Source: Nitrosopumilus oxyclinae
GTDB taxonomy: Archaea; Thermoproteota; Nitrososphaeria; Nitrososphaerales; Nitrosopumilaceae
Direction: 5' to 3'
Length of the DNA: 32,000 nucleotides
Assembly (NCBI RefSeq): GCF_013407165.1
Contig: NZ_CP026994.1
Coordinates: 864,187 to 896,186, forward strand
Numbering within the stretch: the first letter of the stretch is position 1; each line of letters opens with the position of its first letter. Of the stretch, positions 1 through 8,360 are shown in pieces. The translations under genes and the position numbers were made by a program. The notes under the pieces were generated by a model. It did no database searches. It was not told where the DNA came from and saw only the letters and a program-made list of their open reading frames with translations.

Positions 1-1
1 A

Positions 2-262
2 TTACAATTTTTGCTAGCGTTTGGTTTTTCATTTCAACTTCCTCTTGTAATGTATGCAATATCGGCATCAGGGATGGTGGATGTTGATTTTTGGAGAAAG
101 AACATCAGATATGCAATAGTTGCCATAGTGATCTTTGGAGCAGTAATTACTCCAGATGGAACAGGGGTAACAATGATGTTTGTTGCAGGTCCCATGATTG
201 GATTGTATGCAGCAGGCATGATCATAATTGAGCGTAGAGAGCGAAAAAAGTCTAACACTTAA
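2..262 (+). CDS. tatC: Tat translocase subunit TatC, C-terminal fragment (gene begins upstream of the window)
   Basis: The frame is open from the window edge. The product has hydrophobic TM helices and a basic tail (ERRERKK), and tatA follows directly. Confidence 0.75.
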   Translation, partial: LQFLLAFGFSFQLPLVMYAISASGMVDVDFWRKNIRYAIVAIVIFGAVITPDGTGVTMMFVAGPMIGLYAAGMIIIERRERKKSNT

Positions 263-288
263 ATCTGAAATAAGGAAATATTTTGTAA

Positions 289-495
289 ATGCTAGGGACC
301 ACCGAGATCATTGTATTGGTAGTAGTTATCGGAGTATTGATTTTTGGTGCAAAGAAGATTCCAGAACTTGCAAAAACTTTTGGTAAAGCCAAAGGAGAAT
401 TTGAGAAAGGAAAAATTGAAGCAGATAAGGATCTTAAAGAATTCAAAGAAGAGATTAACAAAAGCTCCAGTGATAAAGAAGTAAAAACAGACTAA
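289..495 (+). CDS. tatA: Tat translocase subunit TatA/E
   Basis: 68 aa with one N-terminal TM helix, then FGAKKIPELAKTFGKAKGEFEKG (the TatA hinge/amphipathic helix signature) and an acidic tail. Confidence 0.85.
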   Translation: MLGTTEIIVLVVVIGVLIFGAKKIPELAKTFGKAKGEFEKGKIEADKDLKEFKEEINKSSSDKEVKTD

Positions 496-920
496 TTTTC
501 AGCTAATTTTACAAAATCATCTAAGACCATATCATAATTTTGTTTGAAATTATTTTTTCCAAACATGACTGAAAACTTCATTTTTCCTTTAAATTTTAAA
601 TCAACATCCACTAGGACTTTGGTTTCATTTTCAAGTTCGATAAATTCTTGTTTAATTTTACTTCCCTTTGCATCACCACCAATAATAGTCATTTCATGTA
701 AGATTGGTTTTTGGAAAACATGTTTTGCCATAATTAACAATTCCATAGTACCCAAAATCAAATGCTCCTCAACTACAGATACGTCACCCCGCATAGAACG
801 AATGCGGACTGATGGATAATGTTGTGGGATAATTCTTTGATAATTTTCAAAATTTGAAAAAATTTCAAATGTATTTTTTCGATTGCTGTTAACAATTTTT
901 TCTAAAGAGAATTTGGGCAA
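492..920 (-). CDS. SRPBCC (START/Bet v1/polyketide-cyclase-like) superfamily protein
   Basis: 142 aa. Size and pattern fit the polyketide_cyc2-like fold (N-terminal 'ekivnsn..tfeifsnfenyqriip' segment, C-terminal helix). Assigned by eye only. Confidence 0.5.
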   Translation of the reverse strand: MPKFSLEKIVNSNRKNTFEIFSNFENYQRIIPQHYPSVRIRSMRGDVSVVEEHLILGTMELLIMAKHVFQKPILHEMTIIGGDAKGSKIKQEFIELENETKVLVDVDLKFKGKMKFSVMFGKNNFKQNYDMVLDDFVKLAEN

Positions 921-927
921 TGGTAGT

Positions 928-1485
928 TTAGAGAGTACCCCATCGAGGGTATAAATTGTGCTCTATGTCAAATTGGTCCAAACATTTACCGACACCATGA
1001 TTCACAATGTCATCAATGGATTTGGGTTTTGTATAAAATTCAGTTACTGGAGGTAAAATAACAATACCCAATCTAGCAAGTTTTAACATATTTTCTAAAT
1101 GAATTGCAGAAAGAGGTGTTTCTCTTACCATCAAAATTAATTTTCTAGATTCTTTTATTGTGACACCAGCTGCTCTTGCCACCAAAGTATCATCATAACC
1201 ATTTGCAATTGCAGCTAATGTTTTCATGCTACAAGGAGCAACAATCATTCCATCAATTCTATGAGTGCCACTAGATACACTTGATGCCATATTTTTTTCA
1301 TCAGAGACATTTGTTGCAAGTGATTTTACATGTTCAGGAGTAAATTCAGTTTCCATGGAAATACATTTTTCACCCCATTCAGAAATTATCAAGTGAGTTT
1401 CAATGTTTAGTTTTTTTAAGGTTTCAAGCATTCTAATTCCATAGATTACACCAGTACTCCCAGTGATTCCAATTACAAGCTTCAT
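928..1485 (-). CDS. ubiX: Flavin prenyltransferase UbiX
   Basis: 185 aa with the MKLVIGITGSTG N-terminus, the APCSMKTLAAIANGY motif and RETPLS..HLENM, which are typical of the UbiX/Pad1 family. Confidence 0.9.
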   Translation of the reverse strand: MKLVIGITGSTGVIYGIRMLETLKKLNIETHLIISEWGEKCISMETEFTPEHVKSLATNVSDEKNMASSVSSGTHRIDGMIVAPCSMKTLAAIANGYDDTLVARAAGVTIKESRKLILMVRETPLSAIHLENMLKLARLGIVILPPVTEFYTKPKSIDDIVNHGVGKCLDQFDIEHNLYPRWGTL

Positions 1486-1543
1486 TGATTAATCATTGAG
1501 GGTTATAGTATTTTATGTATTAGATAGAAAGAGGGAATTAACA

Positions 1544-1687
1544 CTAGATATTTGTAGAATCTAGATTTTCTGAATCAGATAATTCCTGGTTTGCCTTTCT
1601 TCGTTTAAACCACATGAATATTCCAGCAGCAAGCATTACAGGAAGAAGTAAAACCCCCAGTATTTGGAGTTCAAAATTATACAGCAT
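1544..1687 (-). CDS. Small single-pass membrane protein (47 aa), hypothetical
   Basis: ATG-initiated ORF that is too short to appear in the supplied ORF track. Sequence is MLYNFELQILGVLLLPVMLAAGIFMWFKRRKANQELSDSENLDSTNI: a hydrophobic helix followed by a basic stop-transfer segment. Confidence 0.35.
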   Translation of the reverse strand: MLYNFELQILGVLLLPVMLAAGIFMWFKRRKANQELSDSENLDSTNI

Positions 1688-1782
1688 AACATCTATCAAT
1701 CATCAGTTGAAAAAAATCTATTGATCAACCGATCTGAATAATCAAAAATTAGCTATATTAGATACCAATATGCAGGCACAAT

Positions 1783-2874
1783 GTGATTAAAAGTTCTGAA
1801 ATAAAAAAAATTGTTAATGATTACACTGATGTAAAAATTGGTGTTCTTGGAAGTCACTCAGCACTGGAAATAATGGATGGTGCAAAAGATGAAGATTTTC
1901 AAACCAGAGTCTTTTGTCAAAAAGGCAGGGAAGGCCCATATCTGAGATTTGGACGCATTGCAGATGAGATTACAGTTTTAGATAAATTCAAAGATATGGC
2001 ATCAGCCAAATATCAAAAAGAATTAAGAGATTCCAGTACAATCATAGTTCCACATAGATCCCTTACAGTTTACCTGGGATACAAAACCATTGAAAATTCA
2101 TTCAAAGTTCCAATTTTTGGAAATAGAAAACTATTCCAAGCAGAAGAAAGGACTGCAAAAAAAGGCCAATACTACCTATTAGAAAAAGCCAGAATAAAAT
2201 ATCCCAAACTATTCAAAGATCCTAAACGAATTAACAAACCATGTATTGTTAAAGTTCAAGAAAAAAAGAGGCCTCTAGAAAGAGCATTCTTTACAGTTTC
2301 ATCATACAAAGATTATGTGACAAAATCTGAAGAAAAAATAAAGCAAGGAGTAATTGCCAAAAAAGATCTTGAAAAAGCAAGCATTGAAGAATTGGCAATT
2401 GGAACATACATGAATTTTAATTTCTTTCACACACCAATTTCAAATCAGGTCGATTTTATTGGAATTGAGAGAAGATTACAAACTAACATTCATGATTACA
2501 ATGCACTTCCAGCAAAAGAACAATTAGAAATGGATATCGATTTACAAAATATCGAAGTAGGGCATACTCCTGCAAGCATTAGAGAATCACTCCTTGAAAA
2601 AGTACTCAAAATGGGGGACAAATTCGTAGCAGCAGTGAAGAAAGAATACGCACCAGGAATAATTGGACCATTTTCATTGCAGAGTGTAATCACAAAAGAT
2701 TTAGAATTAATTGTTTATGATGTATCATTAAGAGTTCCAGGAAATCCAATTGTTGCAACGACTAGTCCATATACCAAATATCAATACGGTCAAACATTTG
2801 GTGTGGGAAGAAGAATTGCAATGGAAATTAAGCGAGCACAAGAAGAAGACCGTTTAGATGAAATTGTCACATAA
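1783..2874 (+). CDS. purP: 5-formaminoimidazole-4-carboxamide ribonucleotide (FAICAR) synthetase PurP, archaeal ATP-grasp enzyme
   Basis: GTG start. IGVLGSHSALEI, VPIFGNR, PAKEQLEM, IRESLL..MGDKFV and IGPFSLQS align well with the remembered Methanocaldococcus PurP sequence. Confidence 0.9.
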   Translation: MIKSSEIKKIVNDYTDVKIGVLGSHSALEIMDGAKDEDFQTRVFCQKGREGPYLRFGRIADEITVLDKFKDMASAKYQKELRDSSTIIVPHRSLTVYLGYKTIENSFKVPIFGNRKLFQAEERTAKKGQYYLLEKARIKYPKLFKDPKRINKPCIVKVQEKKRPLERAFFTVSSYKDYVTKSEEKIKQGVIAKKDLEKASIEELAIGTYMNFNFFHTPISNQVDFIGIERRLQTNIHDYNALPAKEQLEMDIDLQNIEVGHTPASIRESLLEKVLKMGDKFVAAVKKEYAPGIIGPFSLQSVITKDLELIVYDVSLRVPGNPIVATTSPYTKYQYGQTFGVGRRIAMEIKRAQEEDRLDEIVT

Positions 2875-3056
2875 GAAATAATTTCTAAATATTATTAAAA
2901 GATACAAAATGTTGTGAATGAAGGTGAATTCCTAGTACCAATTTTGATTGTTTTAGCAGTTGGGATTTTTGTAGGAACCAGAATTTGGGTTTTGTTTAAG
3001 AAATAACATAATTGAATATCAACCTAAAATTTAGAAAAAATAGTGAAAAAGGAGGA

Positions 3057-3965
3057 TTACTCCAGTTTCAAAGGAATGTTTGCACTTCCAAAGTTTTCAT
3101 TGATTCTGAAGGTGTAACTTTTTGAGGGGTCATATTTGAACTCAGTTCCACCATATCCAATGTTAGGTCCAAAGAGGATGTTGAATTCTCGTGAATCACC
3201 AGGATTCAATACTATCTCACCACTGGTAAAGTCCATTCCAGAATACTTGAATGCTTTTGAACCATCCCAGATATCATATGCACATATTGCAGGACTAGTA
3301 CAATGTATTGCAGTTATTTCTGAGCTAGTATTTTCTGCAAGCATACGAATTGACAATATTGCTTGTCCTGAAGAAGTAATTTCAAATTCATTTCCTTCAG
3401 AGCCTACACCAAACCAGTGATAGGTTATTGGTCCTAGATCAAAGTGCTCAGCATTTGTTTTGTATTTGTAAAGCATGATTGCTTTGTCAATTGGTTTTTC
3501 ACAATCAATTCTTTTGTATGCTTTGAGAATTTCTGAGCATTTCTCTAACTCAGCTTCAAGTGCAGCTAATTTTGAATCACTATTAGATTCAACTGGTGCA
3601 ACCTGAACTGGTACAGAATTTACAGAAACTGAAATAAGACCAGATTTTATCAAGTGTTGAATTCCATTTACAAATTCACCATCAGTGATAGTTCCATCAG
3701 CCCACCATCCAGCATTGTTTTTTACCCAATCTGGAACACCATTAGATGTTTCAGATGAGACAGTTGTTGGAGGTACTACAATGATTCCATCTGTAATCAA
3801 AAATTCAATACCTGAAATAAATTCAGATTCAGAGATAGCTCCATCAGCCCACCATCCAGCATTGTTTTTTACCCAACCAGGTACTTCTGCATAAGCAGAG
3901 GATACAGATGAGGTAACTACTAAAAGTAGAGCAATTGTTGAAATTGCGGCGATTATTGTTTTCAT
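3057..3965 (-). CDS. Secreted protein with two N-terminal WVKNNAGWWADG repeat modules
   Basis: It has a signal peptide (MKTIIAAISTIALLLVVTSSVSSAYA). Two ~40-aa repeats follow (VPGWVKNNAGWWADGAISESEF.. and VPDWVKNNAGWWADGTITDGEF..), then a linker and a C-terminal globular domain. Confidence 0.8.
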   Translation of the reverse strand: MKTIIAAISTIALLLVVTSSVSSAYAEVPGWVKNNAGWWADGAISESEFISGIEFLITDGIIVVPPTTVSSETSNGVPDWVKNNAGWWADGTITDGEFVNGIQHLIKSGLISVSVNSVPVQVAPVESNSDSKLAALEAELEKCSEILKAYKRIDCEKPIDKAIMLYKYKTNAEHFDLGPITYHWFGVGSEGNEFEITSSGQAILSIRMLAENTSSEITAIHCTSPAICAYDIWDGSKAFKYSGMDFTSGEIVLNPGDSREFNILFGPNIGYGGTEFKYDPSKSYTFRINENFGSANIPLKLE

Positions 3966-3994
3966 AACAATTTTTTTCGTTTCTTATATTTAAC

Positions 3995-4004
3995 CTAGTG
4001 TCAA
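3995..4004 (-). promoter_or_regulatory. TTRRCACTAG box (TTGACACTAG)
   Basis: It directly abuts the ttaaatat TATA-like box upstream of the 3965 start codon. Confidence 0.35.
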
Positions 4005-4013
4005 TACAATAAT

Positions 4014-4023
4014 CTAGTGCTAA
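4014..4023 (-). promoter_or_regulatory. TTRRCACTAG box (TTAGCACTAG)
   Basis: 58 nt upstream of the 3965 start, in the intergenic region shared with the DUF1722 gene. Confidence 0.35.
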
Positions 4024-4067
4024 TTTCCCAATAATCAAAAACATAGTGGTAAAGTGAAAAAATCAAA

Positions 4068-4643
4068 TTGTTGCTTATATGTAAAGTGGAAGTAACATCA
4101 AAAGTGAATGAAAAACAAGAGGATAATCAGACCTCAGAACAAGAATTAACTGAAAAAGACATCAAAAAATATGTTTTTGAACGTTTTGAAGAAATAAAAA
4201 AATCAAATAAAATTAAAGATTTGATAACATTTCAAGCGATGAATAAACACATGCTTATGGCTCACAATCAAAGTGAATTAAAAATCCTAGGTAATATTGT
4301 TGCAAGTAATAAAAAAATAGAATTTTCAGAAATATTAAAAGAATATGAAAAACATCTCAATGTAGCATTAGAATCTAAACCTACAACAAAGACACATAGT
4401 AATGTAATTTTGCATGTTTTTGGAACCTTTTTTAATGATTTTACTCAATTAGAAAAAGAAAAATTTTTAGAATTAATAAAACAATACAAAGATGAAAAGA
4501 TCTCAATAGGTGAAATTTTATCGGAAATCAATCAAATAATTTATAGATTCAACAACACATATCTTGCAATGCAAACTTATTTTCTATTATACTCTAATTC
4601 AAATTTAGAAAATTTATTTGCTATTTTAAAAAAAAATAAATAA
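4068..4643 (+). CDS. DUF1722 (YbgA-like) domain protein
   Basis: NKHMLMAHNQ, NVILHVFGTFF..L...EKEKFLELIKQYKDEKISIG and YLAMQTYFLLY match the DUF1722 pattern. The start is uncertain: TTG at 4068, with no early in-frame ATG. Confidence 0.65.
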   Translation: MLLICKVEVTSKVNEKQEDNQTSEQELTEKDIKKYVFERFEEIKKSNKIKDLITFQAMNKHMLMAHNQSELKILGNIVASNKKIEFSEILKEYEKHLNVALESKPTTKTHSNVILHVFGTFFNDFTQLEKEKFLELIKQYKDEKISIGEILSEINQIIYRFNNTYLAMQTYFLLYSNSNLENLFAILKKNK

Positions 4644-4659
4644 TATAATTTAAAAAATA

Positions 4660-6042
4660 TCAAATAGGTTTTCCCTTATACTGATAATCTATAACCTTAT
4701 GAAATAAATTATGAGACGACAAAACAGTTAACGAAACAATAAAGATTCCAATAAAATTTCTAAGCGTCATTAATTCATTAGGTTCTGATGCAATCAATGA
4801 AGTTTGAAATACAACGTAAAAATTATCAATTAGCCAAAACACCAAAGTAACCCAAGACAGGATTCCCGCCAAAAAGTAACCCAAACGGGTATTATTTCGT
4901 ATAAGAATTAGAGATGCAATTATTATGCCATACCAAAGAAAAGAACCTAACAACCACAGAGGCTGATAAACATCAGATCTATCATCTAACCAATAATAAG
5001 AAGTTCCAATAAAAGCCAAAGCCAATAATGAGATCTGAATTAATTTTTGATTAATTTTGAAACCAGTTTTTTCTTCTTTTACTTTAGATAACGGAGGAGA
5101 TGAAATCATTTCATTAGTAGCGATATCAATGGATTCACGTACGGATTTCAATTTAATTTGGATAATTTTTGTAATTTTATCGTCAGTGACAATAGTATCA
5201 TGTACAAGACTATCAATCAAAGGTCTTGCAAGTGAGGCCTTAACTGGAGTAATAAGGTCTACCCAATAAGAGGAGAGTCGAGTAGTTAAAAAAGGAATTT
5301 GTAGAACAAACAGATTTCTATTCAAATATGCAGAATAGACTCTCATTAATTCCTCATAGGTTATCTTATCAGGTCCACCAATTTCAAAAATTTGACCCAT
5401 AGTTTCAGGCTTTGAAAGACATTCAGCTAAATAGAAAACTACATCATCTACTGCAATAGGTTGAGCCAATGATTTAACCCAAGATGGACAAATCATCACA
5501 GGTAATCGCTCTACAAGATAACGTAACATAGCATATGAACCACCTTGTGCACCAATAATTAATGAGGCACGAAATTCAGTTACAGGAATAGAACCAGAGC
5601 GAAGTATATCACCTACATCTTTGCGACTTTTCATATGCGGAGATAATTCAAGACTATCATTGACTAGTCCTCCCAAATAGATTATTCTCCTTACACCAGC
5701 TTTTGTAGCGGATTCAAGAAAATTCTGAGCTTGAACTTTTTCACGGTTTGCAAAATTTTGCCATTCACTTTTACTTCCCTCCATAGAATGTAGTAAGTAG
5801 TAAACAACCTCGATCCCTTGCATAGATTTTGTCAATTGTTCTTTATCAAAAACATCAGCTTGTACATATTTGACATTGTCTTCATCATTCAATTTTTTTC
5901 TACTTAATCCTGTAACTGTATAACCATTTAATGAAAGAGTAGACAATAATCTAGAACCAATAAAACCAGTGGCACCAGTAACCATAATTGAAAACGGAGA
6001 TGTTTGATGAATTTTTTCATTTAAAGAATGTTGTTTCATCAT
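4660..6042 (-). CDS. NAD(P)-binding (atypical SDR/NmrA-like) protein with a C-terminal multi-TM domain
   Basis: Rossmann motif VTGATGFIGSRL near the N-terminus, and about 4 predicted TM helices in the last 130 aa. I prefer the ATG at 6042 over the TTG at 6072 used by the ORF track. Confidence 0.75.
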   Translation of the reverse strand: MMKQHSLNEKIHQTSPFSIMVTGATGFIGSRLLSTLSLNGYTVTGLSRKKLNDEDNVKYVQADVFDKEQLTKSMQGIEVVYYLLHSMEGSKSEWQNFANREKVQAQNFLESATKAGVRRIIYLGGLVNDSLELSPHMKSRKDVGDILRSGSIPVTEFRASLIIGAQGGSYAMLRYLVERLPVMICPSWVKSLAQPIAVDDVVFYLAECLSKPETMGQIFEIGGPDKITYEELMRVYSAYLNRNLFVLQIPFLTTRLSSYWVDLITPVKASLARPLIDSLVHDTIVTDDKITKIIQIKLKSVRESIDIATNEMISSPPLSKVKEEKTGFKINQKLIQISLLALAFIGTSYYWLDDRSDVYQPLWLLGSFLWYGIIIASLILIRNNTRLGYFLAGILSWVTLVFWLIDNFYVVFQTSLIASEPNELMTLRNFIGIFIVSLTVLSSHNLFHKVIDYQYKGKPI

Positions 6043-6210
6043 CACAATCCACCACACAATAATAGAGGACAATAAGTGATTAATTTTTTAAAATATTGCT
6101 TATCCATAGTATAATTTTTTTGATTTAGATTATTTAAACTAGTGATAATTATTACTACTAGTGGTAATCATAAGATATATTTTGATATACAGTCATAAAA
6201 AGTCATTAAA

Positions 6211-6220
6211 TTGGCACTAT
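6211..6220 (+). promoter_or_regulatory. TTRRCACTAG-like box (TTGGCACTAT)
   Basis: 57 nt upstream of the B12-binding gene's ATG. A ttaaatag TATA-like box lies between them. Confidence 0.35.
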
Positions 6221-6267
6221 AAATTTAATTTAGCACCAGTTAAATAGCATTTTTTAAAAAAATAAGG

Positions 6268-7110
6268 ATGGTCTATATCAGAGCAAAAAAAGTAAAATCT
6301 GATCAATATCTATACCTAGTCAAAAGTGTCTGGGATTCAAAAAAAAGTACATCCAAACAAGAAATTGTGAAATATTTAGGTAAAGCATCAGAAGTCATAA
6401 AAGATGATATTCCAATCGAATATAGAGATAATCCCAAAATTCTCTCAGTTCTAGCATCTTACAATCCAAAAGATATTAAAAAAAGAGAAGAATCAACAAA
6501 AAAATCAAAACTACAACTCTACAAGAAATTAACAGAAGGCAATATAGAAGATTGTGTAAAAATATATCAAGACTACACAAGAATTTTTAATGAAGCAGAT
6601 TTTTTCGATAAAATTTTAAAACAAGTCATGTACGACATTGGTGAAGATTGGGCAAGTAATAAAATCAGTATCGCGACAGAACATGTTGCAAGTAACATTG
6701 CACAAACATTAGTTAAAATAATTATGGACAGTGTTTCAAAAATAGTAAATAAGAAAAAAATACTCATATGTGTTCCAGTTGGAGAGGAACATCATTTGGG
6801 ATGTGATGTCTTAGAAACATATCTTACAATAAAAGGATTCAAAGTATTCAATATGAGAACATCATTACCAACAGAGTCCATCATTAGTTTTATTGAGAAC
6901 AATAAACCAAATATGGTATTTGTCTCAATTACATTGCCAGATAACATCTTAGCTGGTCAAAGGTTGGTAAGAAAAATAACTAATGAATGTAAAATCCCAA
7001 TTTTAATTGGAGGATATGCACTACAAACGGATAAAATTCCAAAGTTCGATGCAAGAGTAATTTCAAAAGTAAATTTAGAAGAATTGCCAAAAATTATTAG
7101 GAATGTTTAA
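6268..7110 (+). CDS. Cobalamin (B12)-binding domain protein, CarH/LitR-like architecture with a non-MerR N-terminal module
   Basis: The C-terminal half has a Rossmann-like B12-binding domain (KKILICVPVGEEHHLGCDV.., an E-x-H-x-x-G variant of DxHxxG, and IPILIGGYAL). A helical B12-binding_2-like cap precedes it (MYDIGEDWASNKISIATEHVASNI). The N-terminus is MVYIRAKKVKSDQYLYLVKSVW. Confidence 0.75.
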   Translation: MVYIRAKKVKSDQYLYLVKSVWDSKKSTSKQEIVKYLGKASEVIKDDIPIEYRDNPKILSVLASYNPKDIKKREESTKKSKLQLYKKLTEGNIEDCVKIYQDYTRIFNEADFFDKILKQVMYDIGEDWASNKISIATEHVASNIAQTLVKIIMDSVSKIVNKKKILICVPVGEEHHLGCDVLETYLTIKGFKVFNMRTSLPTESIISFIENNKPNMVFVSITLPDNILAGQRLVRKITNECKIPILIGGYALQTDKIPKFDARVISKVNLEELPKIIRNV

Positions 7111-7149
7111 AAAAATTATTATTTTAAATTGAATCAATGAGGAAAAATT

Positions 7150-7159
7150 TTGGCACTAG
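7150..7159 (+). promoter_or_regulatory. TTRRCACTAG box (TTGGCACTAG)
   Basis: Upstream of the Zn-ribbon/glycosylase operon. A ttaaataa box follows about 20 nt downstream. Confidence 0.35.
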
Positions 7160-7249
7160 ATTTGAAAATGTAGGCGTCTTAAATAACTCAAATCAACATT
7201 GTCAGTATGCTAGTTGAATTAGCAATCAGGGAAATAGTAGGTGAAATAA

Positions 7250-7435
7250 TTGGGTAGGACATGTAACAACATTTGTGAACGATACAAGGCATCACCAGCC
7301 CCAAACAGAATCAGGTATGAGATAGGACAAAAAAGATGCACATTTTGTGGGATTTTTGTGTTATCAGAGAATGCCAGATGTATGTGCTGTAAAGCTGTTT
7401 TAAGAACAAAACCAAGATCTAGGAAAGCCAAATGA
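7250..7435 (+). CDS. Small Zn-ribbon protein (61 aa)
   Basis: Cys pairs CNNIC, CTFC and CMCC with a basic tail. TTG start. Its stop overlaps the next start (ATGA at 7432-7435). Confidence 0.55.
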   Translation: MGRTCNNICERYKASPAPNRIRYEIGQKRCTFCGIFVLSENARCMCCKAVLRTKPRSRKAK

Positions 7436-7761
7436 GAGTTTGGGATATTCCTGTTGAAAAACTATGCAGAAACCATTTGCTGGGTGAGCATCGGGAACTA
7501 CATGCTATGTGGATAGTCATCACCCAAAACAAGAAAGGATATTCAAAACATCCTGAAACTATCAGATGGGTTGGGAAATTGAAGGCATTGTATCTAAGAC
7601 ACAATGAGCAAGTAATTGAAATGAAAAATAGAGGCTATAATCACCAAAGTCCATTAGATGTAAAAAAAGCAACAGGGAAATCTAAACAAGATACATATCT
7701 AGACTTACCAACAAAGCAAATCCAAATTCTAAAACAAAAAGGTTGTAACTGTAAAGTCTGA
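7432..7761 (+). CDS. Pyrimidine dimer DNA glycosylase (T4 endonuclease V / Pyr_excise family)
   Basis: MRVWDIP..L....LLGEHRELHAM....KKGYSKHPETIRW...LYLRH...EMKNRGYNHQSPL matches the prokaryotic DenV-like family pattern. Confidence 0.7.
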   Translation: MRVWDIPVEKLCRNHLLGEHRELHAMWIVITQNKKGYSKHPETIRWVGKLKALYLRHNEQVIEMKNRGYNHQSPLDVKKATGKSKQDTYLDLPTKQIQILKQKGCNCKV

Positions 7762-7891
7762 TTTTAATTTATTTTTAAAAATTTAATTTGTTATGTTTAA
7801 TTATTTTTTCTAAAAATCAGAAACTTTGAAAATAATGCAGAATAAAACATCAGTTATCACCATCTCAAAATTGTAGCAGTACTTCAAATTG

Positions 7892-7901
7892 TTGGCACTA
7901 G
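7892..7901 (+). promoter_or_regulatory. TTRRCACTAG box (TTGGCACTAG)
   Basis: 65 nt upstream of the 7957 ATG, with a ttatatat box in between. Confidence 0.35.
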
Positions 7902-7956
7902 TTAAAATGTTAGCCCTAGGTTATATATCACAAAGTGCAAGTAACAGTGAACAGAA

Positions 7957-8310
7957 ATGCAACAAACAAAAATCGCAAAAACACCACAACTAAAATTTCT
8001 AGTTATTGTGGCTGTAGCTACTTCAGTGATACTAGTTTTCACGATAGCCCCCTGGAATATACTTCCAGAATTAGTTACTGAAGAAGTGTCAGTTATCGCC
8101 GTAACAGATTATGGTTGTGTAGGTGAGTCAAGTCTTGGAAGATCAGTTGTTGTTTCAAACTGTGATGCAAGTGTTGGAGATATTGTATCTGCAACATTTT
8201 ACATCCCAGCAGGAGAAATAAACGGCTACCTGGAAGAACTTGAAAGACGACAAAATCCAATGGTGGATGCATGGGACAAAAGTGTCAGTGGCAAAGCATT
8301 CTCACCATAA
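7957..8310 (+). CDS. Membrane-anchored/secreted hypothetical protein
   Basis: 117 aa with an N-terminal signal-anchor (LKFLVIVAVATSVILVFTIAP) and two Cys in the ectodomain. Confidence 0.6.
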   Translation: MQQTKIAKTPQLKFLVIVAVATSVILVFTIAPWNILPELVTEEVSVIAVTDYGCVGESSLGRSVVVSNCDASVGDIVSATFYIPAGEINGYLEELERRQNPMVDAWDKSVSGKAFSP

Positions 8311-8360
8311 TTTTTTTTATTTTTCTAAAAATTCAATATTTTTTCTAAAGAAAACAAAAA

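Noticed and set aside
34-461. Minus-strand ORFs 34-258 and 252-461
   Set aside because: They are antisense to tatC and tatA, which have clear family signatures.
544-819. ORF 544-819(+)
   Set aside because: It lies entirely inside, and antisense to, the longer SRPBCC ORF.
2496-2693. ORF 2496-2693(-), plus similar internal antisense ORFs (5057-5269, 6573-6767, 10917-11117, 11874-12098, 16562-16774, 16923-17111, 18036-18242, 24374-24691, 25391-25633, 27775-27969)
   Set aside because: Each lies wholly within, and antisense to, a longer ORF that has better coding features.
2914-3006. 30-codon GTG ORF encoding a single TM helix (VNEGEFLVPILIVLAVGIFVGTRIWVLFKK)
   Set aside because: It is plausible as a micro-membrane protein. 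However, it is very short, has a non-ATG start and has no supporting signal, which is too weak to call.
3136-4044. ORFs 3136-3420(+), 3685-3894(+) and 3844-4044(-)
   Set aside because: The first two are antisense shadows of the secreted-protein gene. The third overlaps its 5' end and promoter region and has an implausible composition.
7219-7604. Minus-strand ORFs 7219-7431 and 7419-7604
   Set aside because: They are antisense to the Zn-ribbon/glycosylase operon, and the glycosylase frame has a clear family match.
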